From Candidatus Peregrinibacteria bacterium CG_4_9_14_0_2_um_filter_53_11 (GTDB lineage: Bacteria > Patescibacteriota > Gracilibacteria > UBA1369 > UM-FILTER-53-11): DNA of 64,000 nt. The translations under genes were made by a program, and so were the position numbers. Every line of letters starts with the position of its first letter. Position 1 is the first letter of the stretch. The DNA lies in the NCBI GenBank assembly GCA_002788775.1, contig PFRX01000006.1:5033-69032 (forward strand), written 5' to 3'. Below are positions 27,899-36,600 of the stretch, one piece after another. Under the pieces are notes generated by a model that saw nothing but the letters and a program-made list of their open reading frames with translations, was not told the origin of the DNA and searched no databases.

Positions 27899-27973
27899 TG
27901 GTAGCCCCGGCAGGAATCGAACCTGCATCAACAGCTTAGAAGGCTGCTGCACTATCCATTGTGCTACGGGACC
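27899..27973 (-). tRNA. tRNA-Arg (anticodon UCU), CCA encoded
   Basis: Hand-folded from the reverse complement: GGTCCCG-TA-GCAC-AATGGATA-GTGC-A-GCAGC-CTTCTAA-GCTGT-...-GCAGG-TTCGATT-CCTGC-CGGGGCT-A-CCA. Confidence 0.9.
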
Positions 27974-28001
27974 ACAGGGGGCGCTCTTCGCGTCCCGCCT
28001 A

Positions 28002-28748
28002 CTATAACACTATCTTACCCGTTGAGATCAAGATCTCGAGTGTCAGGGCGAGGCCGTTGTTGAGCATGTGGAAGATAATACTGGGAATCAGAGAGCGGCT
28101 CCGCAAGAAAAGGCCGTTGAGAATGAGCCCGATCAAGGTAAGAACGCCGAGTACTTGGAACTCAAAGTGAGCGACACCAAAGAAGAGTGCGGCGCCAAGG
28201 CTCGCTATCCACGTCTTCGTCTTGACGTTAAGCGTCTGCAGGATGAAGCCGCGGAAGATTATCTCTTCTATTACCGGTGCGATAACTACGAGGACGAGGA
28301 AGGCGAGGGCTATGTCGAGTGGGTTTGTGCCGAAGAGCGGTACGTGTGACTCCTGGCTCCCGAAGCCCGGAAGCTCGCCGGTCCAGTTTAAGAGCTGTGT
28401 TAGGCCGATGTTGAAGATAACGATTAGCCCCAGCGCCTTGAATACCCAGAGTAGCGTCTTTTTCCATGGAAGAGCCACCAGCCCCAGCTCCTTTGCGGGG
28501 AAGTAGCCCAGCTTCTCGCGGAGAACGAGATAGAGCGGTATCAAAAAGATCGCCTCCTGCAACAGAAACAGTCCCAGCGTTATCAGGCTCCTGTTGCTAC
28601 TCGTTTTAATCACCTCTCCCAGATCAAAAACGATGGCCGCCAGATTGAGGAAGACGAGCGAGACTGCGATGATCGCTACGACATGGCCCATCTCTCTCAT
28701 GCCCCAGGGTGGACTTTTTTTCAGCTTCGTTGTTGCTGTTATCTCCAT
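28002..28748 (-). CDS. CPBP-family (CAAX) intramembrane metalloprotease
   Basis: 248 aa, multi-TM, with EEIIFRGF, FGVAHF and IFHMLNN. Confidence 0.85.
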   Translation of the reverse strand: MEITATTKLKKSPPWGMREMGHVVAIIAVSLVFLNLAAIVFDLGEVIKTSSNRSLITLGLFLLQEAIFLIPLYLVLREKLGYFPAKELGLVALPWKKTLLWVFKALGLIVIFNIGLTQLLNWTGELPGFGSQESHVPLFGTNPLDIALAFLVLVVIAPVIEEIIFRGFILQTLNVKTKTWIASLGAALFFGVAHFEFQVLGVLTLIGLILNGLFLRSRSLIPSIIFHMLNNGLALTLEILISTGKIVL

Positions 28749-28771
28749 AGTTCTTTAGACTGGACTATATC

Positions 28772-29296
28772 ATGCGCCTACAGCAAGACGAAGTTATTAT
28801 CAGCGAGTCCCGCCGTCACCTTACGCCCTATATACTGCGCCTTATAGGAGTTCTTGTCCTGACGATTCCCATTATTATCTTCCTCGTCATCCTCGCTCAG
28901 TCGGGTAATGAGGACTTGATCTTTTACCTGATCTCACTTACCTCTTTTATTGTGGGTGCGATCGTCGCAGTGATCTCCATCGACTACCTGCTCGACAAGC
29001 TTATTCTTACCAACAAGCGGATTATCCTTATAGACTGGCGCTCTCTGCTCAACAGAGTGGAGCACGAGATCGGACTCGACGAGATTCAGAAGATTACCAT
29101 TAGCCGCCCCGGCATTTTTGAGCATATCCCTTTCCTTAACTTCGGCGAGATCGAGATTGAGAGCTCGGCCTCAAAGCCGAGTATCAGCTTCCCCAACTGT
29201 AAGAGTCCGGAAGATATGCAGGAGTGTGTTCTTCGAGAGTCTCATAAGCGAGAGCGAGAGATTCTGAATCACGGTTCAACTGGTGCGAAGGCGTAG
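28772..29296 (+). CDS. Membrane protein with YdbS/YdbT-like bacterial PH domain
   Basis: 174 aa. Two TM helices, then LILTNKRIILID...GEIEIES, typical of bPH_2 architecture. Recalled, not searched. Confidence 0.45.
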   Translation: MRLQQDEVIISESRRHLTPYILRLIGVLVLTIPIIIFLVILAQSGNEDLIFYLISLTSFIVGAIVAVISIDYLLDKLILTNKRIILIDWRSLLNRVEHEIGLDEIQKITISRPGIFEHIPFLNFGEIEIESSASKPSISFPNCKSPEDMQECVLRESHKREREILNHGSTGAKA

Positions 29297-29312
29297 CATT
29301 ACGACTTTGAGC

Positions 29313-29321
29313 TGGTATAAT
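29313..29321 (+). promoter_or_regulatory. Extended -10 element TGGTATAAT, 7 nt before ruvB ATG 29329
   Basis: gcTGGTATAATgcagtcgATG. Confidence 0.45.
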
Positions 29322-29328
29322 GCAGTCG

Positions 29329-30405
29329 ATGATTAAACGTGAAGATCTGAATATCGCCTCTGCCGTCTCTGATGCCGGCCAGTTGATGGGCGGACAGCAG
29401 CTCCCCCCCGGTGAAGAGGTCGTGCAGTTTGAAAATACGCTTCGTCCGCGCTCACTGGATGAGTACATCGGGCAGCAAGATATCAAGACGAATCTTACGA
29501 TCTCGCTTGAGGCTGCTAAAAAACGTGGTGAGTCCCTCGATCATGTTCTGCTCCACGGTCCTGCGGGTTTGGGCAAGACGACGTTGGCTTTTATTGTGGC
29601 CAGCGAGATGAAGGGAGAGGCTAAGATTACCTCCGGCCCCGCACTCGAGCGGCAGGGCGATCTCGCCTCAATTCTTACCAACCTGCAAGAAGGCGACGTC
29701 CTCTTTATCGATGAGATTCACCGTCTGCGTCCACCGGTTGAGGAGGTTCTCTACTCGGCTATGGAGGACTACTGCATAGACATTATGCTGGGCAAAGGCC
29801 CCTCGGCCCGTTCCGTACGTCTCAACCTTCCTCGCTTTACCTTGATTGGCGCAACCACAAAGATGAGTCTCCTCTCTTCCCCTCTTCGTGATCGTTTTGG
29901 AAATGTCTTCAAGTTTGCTTTTTATGAGACTGAGGATATTACCCAGATTATCACACGTTCGGCGCGCATCCTCGACTTCCCCATTGAGGAGGACGGAGCC
30001 CGTCGTCTGGCCGAGTGTAGCCGTCAGACTCCTCGTATCGCAAACCGGCTTCTGCGCCGCGTCCGTGATTTTGCCCAGTATCATGACGAGTCGGAGATAA
30101 CACGTGCGATCGTCAACAAGGCCCTGGTTGCTCTTGGCGTCGACGAGCTCGGTCTCGATCCTATGGATAGAACGATTCTCGACACCCTTATTAGTAAGTT
30201 TAATGGTGGGCCCGTTGGTCTTAACACCATCTCTTCGGCCCTCTCGGAAGAAGAGCAGACGCTCGAGGATATTTACGAACCCTATCTCATTCAACTGGGA
30301 CTTCTAGAGCGTACTCCCCGTGGCCGCCTCGTAACTGAGCGCGCCTTTCACCACATGGGATTTGATTTCCCCGCTCATCGTCGGCAGAGCTCATTCATCG
30401 ACTAA
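29329..30405 (+). CDS. ruvB: Holliday junction branch-migration helicase RuvB
   Basis: [12 protein letters not shown], Walker [12 protein letters not shown], Walker [29 protein letters not shown]. The track start 29320 overlaps the TATAAT box (29316-29321), so ATG 29329 (7 nt past the box) is preferred. Confidence 0.93.
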   Translation: MIKREDLNIASAVSDAGQLMGGQQLPPGEEVVQFENTLRPRSLDEYIGQQDIKTNLTISLEAAKKRGESLDHVLLHGPAGLGKTTLAFIVASEMKGEAKITSGPALERQGDLASILTNLQEGDVLFIDEIHRLRPPVEEVLYSAMEDYCIDIMLGKGPSARSVRLNLPRFTLIGATTKMSLLSSPLRDRFGNVFKFAFYETEDITQIITRSARILDFPIEEDGARRLAECSRQTPRIANRLLRRVRDFAQYHDESEITRAIVNKALVALGVDELGLDPMDRTILDTLISKFNGGPVGLNTISSALSEEEQTLEDIYEPYLIQLGLLERTPRGRLVTERAFHHMGFDFPAHRRQSSFID

Positions 30406-30452
30406 AACTTTTAAATTAGGCTTTTCACTTTTTATTTTCACTCTCTACGTCT

Positions 30453-32126
30453 ATGGAGCGCACTACTCGCAAGATCGCCATTTCCTTTCTTCTCTCACTC
30501 TTAGCTGTCGGCCTCCTCTCCGGCTGCTCCCTCTTTAAGAGCAATGAGATCGTGCCACCCGCAAGCGATGAGGCTGTTCTTGAGAAGCGTACTGGGCTCG
30601 TCTCGACGCCACAGGAACAAAATATTGCCAATCCGGTCGCTCCTTATCTTCTTCTGGCGGATAGTGGCGAGGTTATTTTTTTGGACTCGATCGGTATCAA
30701 TCTGAAGCGCTACGTCGGCCGTCGCGTGGAGGTTGAGGGTGTCAATGACCCCGCTCAGAAGCTGATGCAGGTGGACTCTCTCACCTCTGTTGGTCAGGAG
30801 ACGCGTGTTAAGACAACCATTACAAATGGCGAGTTGGGGGTTAAGCTCAGTGTTCCCTCCGTCTGGCATACCGAGGTTAAGGAAAATACCTTGGGAGATC
30901 GCCGCATGGTTATCACTCCTTACGAGGTGAGCGAGAGCGAGCTGAGTTCTGTTGATCGCATCACCATCTTCCGCTCGGAGAATAATAAGCGTCTGGCCCC
31001 CCGAGAGTGGCTCGACCTTGATGAGTTTTTCAGGCCCGTCCTCGCGACAGAGGCCGACAAGGGTGTGGTTTATCAAGAGAGCATTATCGGCCTCAGTCAG
31101 CTTCCCTCGGTAAAAAAGACCGACTCCAAAACGGACACGGTTACCTTCTACGTTCAGCGCGATACCTTCACCTACCTGCTTCAGCACGAGACGGTTGGAG
31201 ATGCCGATGCCGACCTCTACAGGAATGCCTTTTTTGAAATCGTTGGTACCTTCGACTTCGTCCCCTTTTCCGACCAGTCTACGGTAACGCCGTCGACAAG
31301 CGAGTCCACTACACCCTCGGCAACAGAATCTACAACGGATACCCCGCAGCAGAGCGAGACCCCCACTGCGCCTCAGTCCACGCCCACCGCTCCTTCAACT
31401 TCGCCCGCATCACAGACTCCGGCTCAGAGCTCAACCTCCACCGACTCATCGGTGCGTGCCAGCTACGTCACTTTTCTTAAGGGAGCCGGAAGGACCTTGC
31501 TTGGAACCGCTCCCGAGGGTGAGTGGGAGCTTCTTCGTGTGGAGTTCGCCTATCCCGATGAGACCAAGCCCTTCGCCTACGTCTATGCAACCTACGGTGC
31601 CGACAACGAAAACCGTCGTATTCTTTTGAGCGTTGTTGACTACCCTAAGCCCTCGACGATGACGAAGGCGGCAGTCTTCACATCGGGTGCCGTTACCGAC
31701 TGGGAGCTCAGTGGGGGGGAAGATAAGGCCCGCGGACTCCAAAAAGTCACCCAGCTTGTATCAAACGGGAATGCTGAGGTTGCCGTTAAGCCAGGAATGC
31801 AGCTTATTAATGCCCGAAGCTTTAAAGTAACTTTTCAAATCCCCTCAAGCTGGTACTGGTCCGCTGCAGCTTCCGGTTACTTGCTCGGTGACAAGCCGGT
31901 CACGACAAGCACCTACCTCGTTCGCCTTGAAAAAAATCCAACCGTCCCTGCCGGCCTTCGTGCTGCTGAGACGACCGAGTCCGGCCGCCAGCTCAAGGAG
32001 GCTCCGGGCGAAGGTGATCAGGGGCTTACTCTCTGTGCCACCGTTGGAAGCGACACCTACTGCGCTTATTCAACGGGAACAAAGCGCGAGACCCTCGTCG
32101 CAATTCTCGACTCTATTCAGGAGTAG
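30453..32126 (+). CDS. Lipoprotein of unknown function with Ser/Thr/Pro-rich linker
   Basis: 557 aa. Signal peptide with lipobox LLSGC. The central stretch is TPSTSESTTPSATESTTDTPQQSETPTAPQSTPTAPSTSPASQTPAQSSTS. Confidence 0.6.
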   Translation: MERTTRKIAISFLLSLLAVGLLSGCSLFKSNEIVPPASDEAVLEKRTGLVSTPQEQNIANPVAPYLLLADSGEVIFLDSIGINLKRYVGRRVEVEGVNDPAQKLMQVDSLTSVGQETRVKTTITNGELGVKLSVPSVWHTEVKENTLGDRRMVITPYEVSESELSSVDRITIFRSENNKRLAPREWLDLDEFFRPVLATEADKGVVYQESIIGLSQLPSVKKTDSKTDTVTFYVQRDTFTYLLQHETVGDADADLYRNAFFEIVGTFDFVPFSDQSTVTPSTSESTTPSATESTTDTPQQSETPTAPQSTPTAPSTSPASQTPAQSSTSTDSSVRASYVTFLKGAGRTLLGTAPEGEWELLRVEFAYPDETKPFAYVYATYGADNENRRILLSVVDYPKPSTMTKAAVFTSGAVTDWELSGGEDKARGLQKVTQLVSNGNAEVAVKPGMQLINARSFKVTFQIPSSWYWSAAASGYLLGDKPVTTSTYLVRLEKNPTVPAGLRAAETTESGRQLKEAPGEGDQGLTLCATVGSDTYCAYSTGTKRETLVAILDSIQE

Positions 32127-32154
32127 GTCGCATTAAAAGTGAACAGAAAATAAG

Positions 32155-32183
32155 TTGACGAGCTCCCGCTGGCACTCTATTAT
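32155..32183 (+). promoter_or_regulatory. Promoter P1 upstream of clpC: TTGACG-17-TATTAT
   Basis: -35 at 32155-32160, -10 at 32178-32183. The -10 lies in the spacer of the inverted repeat below. Confidence 0.5.
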
Positions 32184-32195
32184 ACTGAGTGCCAG
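32169..32195. promoter_or_regulatory. CIRCE-like operator (candidate HrcA site): CTGGCACTC-N9-GAGTGCCAG
   Basis: Perfect 9-bp inverted repeat with a 9-bp spacer. Each arm matches the CIRCE consensus TTAGCACTC-N9-GAGTGCTAA at 7 of 9 positions, including the full GCACTC/GAGTGC core. Confidence 0.6.
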
Positions 32196-32240
32196 TTGCT
32201 CGTAATTGATTCTCACCATTAACTCCAAATACGTAAACTC

Positions 32241-32260
32241 TAATCAGGTGATAATCAGGT
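32241..32260 (+). repeat. Tandem direct repeat TAATCAGGT (x2, 11-bp period), immediately upstream of promoter P2
   Basis: ctcTAATCAGGTgaTAATCAGGTag, followed 7 nt later by TGGTATAGT. Confidence 0.6.
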
Positions 32261-32267
32261 AGAAATT

Positions 32268-32276
32268 TGGTATAGT
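32268..32276 (+). promoter_or_regulatory. Promoter P2 upstream of clpC: extended -10 TGGTATAGT
   Basis: aaatTTGGTATAGT. Confidence 0.4.
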
Positions 32277-32382
32277 TGTATGAAAATTGGATGAGAAGCG
32301 TTCGGTTTTCCCACCTTTCTCATTATAGACTGCAGATGCGATGAGAGCAGTGGTTAATACTCTACTTTTTGACCCCAGCGCC

Positions 32383-35082
32383 ATGTCAGATCCCCAGTTC
32401 GAAAAATTCACTAAGGAAGCAAAACAAGCACTCATTGTCGCACAGGAGAAGTCACGTGAGGCGGGCCTTAACTATGTGGGAACCGAGCACGTGCTCATCG
32501 GAGTCCTCTCTCAGTCGCACTCACTTGGCGCCTCAATCCTTATGAGCTTTGGTGTCTCGCTCGACAACGTCTACCTCGTCTTGAAGACGGCCGGGCGTGC
32601 AACATCCGGTAAGCCTCAGGCGAAGCCGGGTGGGTTTTCAGGTTTTGCTAAGCAGGTTATCGAGGATGCTGTTCGCTGTGCTCATGACTTCAATTATACC
32701 TTTGTCGGTACCGAGCACCTCTTGTTTGCCCTCTGTGCTCAGGAAAATACGGCCGCGACGGTCATTCTCGAGAATATGAAGATCAGCCCCCAGCAGGTTC
32801 GTGATCAGATTACGCAGGTCTTTAAGAAGAATCGCGCTCAAGGAGGTGCCAGCGGAACGCAACAGGCTATGCAGAACGGTATGAACCCTCTTGAGTTCTT
32901 CCTTAACGGTCTCAATGGCGTTCTTGTCGGTTATGATAAGGAAGGAGGGAAGGAGGCCCCCACTCAGCCCTACAAAAATCAGAACTCGACCAAGTCCGGT
33001 TCGGGAAAAAATGCCGATGGTGGAAAGTCCAAGACACCCGCACTCGACTACTTTACTCTCGATCTTACCGTCGAGGCCCGCAAGGGCAAGCTCGACCCGG
33101 TGGTGGGGCGTGCCAAGGAGATTGAGCGCATGGTCTCAATTCTTAATCGCAAAACCAAGAATAATCCTGTTCTCATTGGAGAGCCCGGTGTCGGTAAGAC
33201 CGCTATCGTTGAAGGTCTCGCTCAAGCAATTGTTATGGAGCAGGTCCCCGAGAGTCTTCTTGATAAAAAGATACTCTCCCTCTCAATGTCTTCTCTGATT
33301 GCAGGTACTAAGTATCGCGGTGAGTTCGAGGAGCGTCTCAAACAGATTATTGACGAGGCGAGTATCCAGCCGAATATCGTCCTCTTTGTTGATGAGCTCC
33401 ACACCGTTGTCGGAGCGGGAAGCGCTGAGGGCAGTCTCGATGCGGCCAACATTCTCAAACCCGCTCTCGCTCGAGGTCAGGTCCAGATTGTCGGTGCGAC
33501 CACGACGACCGACTACCGTAAGCAGGTTGAGAACGACCCCGCTCTTGAACGACGCTTCCAGCCCATCATGGTGGAGGAGCCCACTCCGGAGGAGGCTCTT
33601 GAGATTCTCTATGGAATCCGAAAGTCATTCGAAGATCACCACAACCTCATTATTGACGACTCGGCGCTTGAGAGTGCCGTTACCTTTTCGAAGCGCTACA
33701 TCAGCGATCGCTTCCTTCCCGATAAGGCCATCGACCTCATTGACGAGGCTGCCGCACTCAAGCGAGTGAAAGACTCGAGTCGCAAGGAGGAGGTCCAGAA
33801 GATTCAGAAGAAACTCAATGATATTGTTAAAAAGAAAGAGCAGGCCGTAACCGACCAGGATTACGAGCGCGCCGCCGAGCTTCGCTGCAAAGAGCTTGAG
33901 TTTGGTCGCCAGCTTGAGGAGGTTCGCAAAGTTGTCGTTCCTCGTGATCAGCGTGAGCATGTCGATAATGAGGATATCGCTCGTGTCATCTCTAAGATGA
34001 CCGGAGTGCCCGTTACGCGCTTGGTTAAGGCTGACCTTGAGCGCCTCGCTAACCTTGAACAGGTTTTCAAGAGCCGCATTGTCGGTCAGGATGAGGCCAT
34101 TGCCGAGGTCTCAAAGGCTATCCGTCGCTCACGTGCCGGTATCTCCGACGAGCGTCGTCCTATCGCCTCATTCATCTTTATGGGCCCCACCGGTGTTGGT
34201 AAGACCGAGCTGGTTAAGGCTCTCGCAGAGGAGGTTTATCTCGATGATAAGGCCCTCATTAAGATCGACATGAGCGAGTTCATGGAGCGTCATAATACGA
34301 GCCGTCTTACCGGTACGACAGCCGGCTATGTCGGTTACGAGGAGGGAGGTTCTCTTACCGAGGCCGTTCGTCGCCGACCCTACTCCGTCGTTCTCTTTGA
34401 TGAGATAGAAAAGGCTCATCCGGACGTTTTCAATATGCTCCTACAGGTACTGGAGGATGGAGTCCTTACCGATGGAAAAGGGCGCCGAGTCGACTTCCGC
34501 AATACCATCATTGTGATGACCTCGAATATTGGGGCCGCTCGCCTCAGTGAGAAAGCCGGTCCAATCGGTTTCGAGACCATCTCTACCGACCTTGAAAAGG
34601 CCGAGACGGCCTACGATCGGATGAAAGGGCAGGTTCTCGATGAGATGAAGGACTACTTCCGTCCAGAGTTTCTCAACCGTCTCGACAAGATAGTCATGTT
34701 CAATCCCCTCACCCACGCCACGATTAAAGAGATCGTCTCGATTCTTGTCGGACAGCTGCAGAAGCGCCTCGACCCTCGCGGCGTCACTCTCCAGCTGAGC
34801 GAGAGCGGCTTGGATTTCCTTGCCGAAAAAGGTTTCGATCCCAAGTATGGCGCCCGTCCCGCACGACGCGCGATCCGTGACTTCATTGAGGATCCTCTGA
34901 CTACGATGTTCCTTGAGGGCAAGGTCACCGAGGGCGATATTATCCAGCTCCGCCACCAGAAGGGCAAGGGGCTTGTTCTCAAGAAGATTTCCGGTAAGAA
35001 GCTTGGTGTAGCTGCACGTGGCGCCTCATCACAACTTCCACCTGCCGAGCCCGAGCGTAAGCTCACAACTAAGTCCTCTTAG
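32383..35082 (+). CDS. clpC: ATP-dependent Clp protease ATP-binding subunit (ClpC-like, class I AAA+)
   Basis: Two Clp_N repeats ([19 protein letters not shown]). Walker A boxes [15 protein letters not shown] and [18 protein letters not shown]-like [15 protein letters not shown]. The track ORF starts at 32341; ATG 32383 ([17 protein letters not shown]) matches the usual ClpC N-terminus better. Confidence 0.9.
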   Translation: MSDPQFEKFTKEAKQALIVAQEKSREAGLNYVGTEHVLIGVLSQSHSLGASILMSFGVSLDNVYLVLKTAGRATSGKPQAKPGGFSGFAKQVIEDAVRCAHDFNYTFVGTEHLLFALCAQENTAATVILENMKISPQQVRDQITQVFKKNRAQGGASGTQQAMQNGMNPLEFFLNGLNGVLVGYDKEGGKEAPTQPYKNQNSTKSGSGKNADGGKSKTPALDYFTLDLTVEARKGKLDPVVGRAKEIERMVSILNRKTKNNPVLIGEPGVGKTAIVEGLAQAIVMEQVPESLLDKKILSLSMSSLIAGTKYRGEFEERLKQIIDEASIQPNIVLFVDELHTVVGAGSAEGSLDAANILKPALARGQVQIVGATTTTDYRKQVENDPALERRFQPIMVEEPTPEEALEILYGIRKSFEDHHNLIIDDSALESAVTFSKRYISDRFLPDKAIDLIDEAAALKRVKDSSRKEEVQKIQKKLNDIVKKKEQAVTDQDYERAAELRCKELEFGRQLEEVRKVVVPRDQREHVDNEDIARVISKMTGVPVTRLVKADLERLANLEQVFKSRIVGQDEAIAEVSKAIRRSRAGISDERRPIASFIFMGPTGVGKTELVKALAEEVYLDDKALIKIDMSEFMERHNTSRLTGTTAGYVGYEEGGSLTEAVRRRPYSVVLFDEIEKAHPDVFNMLLQVLEDGVLTDGKGRRVDFRNTIIVMTSNIGAARLSEKAGPIGFETISTDLEKAETAYDRMKGQVLDEMKDYFRPEFLNRLDKIVMFNPLTHATIKEIVSILVGQLQKRLDPRGVTLQLSESGLDFLAEKGFDPKYGARPARRAIRDFIEDPLTTMFLEGKVTEGDIIQLRHQKGKGLVLKKISGKKLGVAARGASSQLPPAEPERKLTTKSS

Positions 35083-35111
35083 TGAGATTGGAGACGTTTA
35101 ACCTGTCAGTC

Positions 35112-35163
35112 AAAACCCCTTGCGATTCCGTCATATTTCTGTTGACGCGCAAGGGGTTTTCTC
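35112..35163 (+). terminator. Long hairpin after clpC (13-bp stem AAAACCCCTTGCG / CGCAAGGGGTTTT)
   Basis: Perfect 13-bp arms, a ~23-nt loop, and a T-run at the 3' side. Confidence 0.5.
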
Positions 35164-35235
35164 GTATCCTTTTCGTGCTTAGGGAAAGGGTTAACACGTG
35201 AGGTCATCTTTTCCCGGGCCGGCATATGCCGATTA

Positions 35236-35241
35236 TATAAT
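35236..35241 (+). promoter_or_regulatory. rpsA -10 box TATAAT preceded by a 12-bp palindrome CGGCATATGCCG (35220-35231)
   Basis: Read directly; a 30-nt leader runs to ATG 35272. Confidence 0.4.
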
Positions 35242-35271
35242 TTTGCAACCTCACGGAACCCCTTTTAAATC

Positions 35272-36507
35272 ATGACCCATGTAATCGCAGAAAATGGAGA
35301 GATTGCTCTGATGCAAGAGCTTCTTCAGGATGCGCCACAGTTCCAGGCGCCGGCCCTCGGCTCGCTTGTTGACTGTAAAGTTGTCGACATCTTCGGTAAT
35401 AAAATTTTAGTTGATATGGACGGAGTCGCCGTCGGTCTGATCTCCGGTAAGGAGGCTCACGATAGTCTCGATACCATCGCTACACTTAAGCCCGGAGACA
35501 CGATCTCGGCTTACGTTATCGAGGGTGAGAATGATGATGGTTACTATGTCCTCTCACTCCGTAAGGCAAGCCAGGAACGCACATGGCGCCGATTCATGCT
35601 CGCCTACGAGTCTGGGGAGATGATCAAGGTGCAGATCCACGAGGCCAACAAGGGAGGTCTGCTCGTCTTGGTCGACGGTATCAAGGGCTTCATCCCCGTC
35701 TCGCAGCTTGCTCCTCTTCACTACCCACGTGTTGATGGTGCAAATGCAGCCGAGATTCTAACTCGTCTTCAGCAGCTCGTTGGAGAAGAGCTCGATGTTA
35801 AGATTATTAATGTTGATCAGGATGGTGGTAAGCTTATCCTTTCTGAGAAGTCTGCTCTTGAGGAGCAGCGTATCGAGCGTCTTCGTGATCTTCAGCCGGG
35901 TGACGTGGTACACGGTGAGGTCTCGGGTATCGTCAAGTTCGGTATCTTCGTCGCTTTTGATGGTCTCGAAGGTCTGGTTCACATCTCAGAGATTGAGTGG
36001 GGCCATGTTAAAGATCCTATGCAGTACGCTAAGCTCGGCCAGAAGGTCGACGTTCAGATTATCGGTATCGATGGTGAGAAGATCTCACTCTCAATGAAGC
36101 GTCTCCTCCCTGATCCTTGGGTTGAGGCTGCCGAGAAGTACAGTGTTGGTACCGTCGTTACCGGAACCGTTGATCGCATCACTCAGTTTGGTGTCTTCAT
36201 CAAGCTTGAGGATGATATCTCAGGACTCGTTCATCTCTCAGAGATGGCACTCGAGGCGGTAAAGGATCCACACAAGTATGTTAAGGTCGGCCAGGAGATT
36301 GAGGCGAAGATCATTGCCATCGATCCTCAGGACCACCGTATCGGACTCTCGATGAAGGCTCTTCTTGAGCCGGAGGCCGGTTCTGATGCGGCTTCCGAGG
36401 CCGAAGAAAAGCCTAAGAAGTCATCAAAGAAAGCGGCCAATGAGGATGTAGAGTCAGCTCCCGAGGCCGAAGAAGAGGCTGAGGAGACTCCCGCTGAGGC
36501 GGCCTAA
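35272..36507 (+). CDS. rpsA: 30S ribosomal protein S1 (four S1 domains, acidic tail)
   Basis: 411 aa with repeated S1 OB units, e.g. GDVVHGEVSGIVKFGIFVAFDGLEGLVHISE and GTVVTGTVDRITQFGVFIKLEDDISGLVHLSE. Confidence 0.9.
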   Translation: MTHVIAENGEIALMQELLQDAPQFQAPALGSLVDCKVVDIFGNKILVDMDGVAVGLISGKEAHDSLDTIATLKPGDTISAYVIEGENDDGYYVLSLRKASQERTWRRFMLAYESGEMIKVQIHEANKGGLLVLVDGIKGFIPVSQLAPLHYPRVDGANAAEILTRLQQLVGEELDVKIINVDQDGGKLILSEKSALEEQRIERLRDLQPGDVVHGEVSGIVKFGIFVAFDGLEGLVHISEIEWGHVKDPMQYAKLGQKVDVQIIGIDGEKISLSMKRLLPDPWVEAAEKYSVGTVVTGTVDRITQFGVFIKLEDDISGLVHLSEMALEAVKDPHKYVKVGQEIEAKIIAIDPQDHRIGLSMKALLEPEAGSDAASEAEEKPKKSSKKAANEDVESAPEAEEEAEETPAEAA

Positions 36508-36539
36508 CTCCCCCACTTCCCACAATTAAGACCATACTA

Positions 36540-36568
36540 AGAAGCCAGTACTCGTTATTGGCTTCTTT
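36540..36568 (+). terminator. Rho-independent terminator after rpsA
   Basis: AGAAGCCAgtactcgttatTGGCTTCT followed by TTAT. Confidence 0.55.
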
Positions 36569-36582
36569 ATGGGATTAACATA

Positions 36583-36591
36583 TGCTATCAT
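36583..36591 (+). promoter_or_regulatory. Extended -10 element TGCTATCAT, 9 nt before ATG 36601
   Basis: taTGCTATCATttttccgctATG. Same geometry as the paralog at 20051. Confidence 0.45.
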
Positions 36592-36600
36592 TTTTCCGCT

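Noticed and set aside
27899-27973. At first glance the + strand CTTAGAAG in the anticodon region suggested a CUA (amber suppressor) anticodon.
   Set aside because: Folding the reverse complement places the 7-nt loop as CTTCTAA, so positions 34-36 are UCU. This is an ordinary tRNA-Arg. ORFs in the window end at TAG, TGA and TAA as expected for the standard code.
32241-32260. Calling the tandem repeat a CtsR operator.
   Set aside because: The architecture is similar, but the repeat unit TAATCAGGT (or its complement ACCTGATTA) does not match the CtsR heptad A/GGTCAAA. It is reported only as an unassigned direct repeat.
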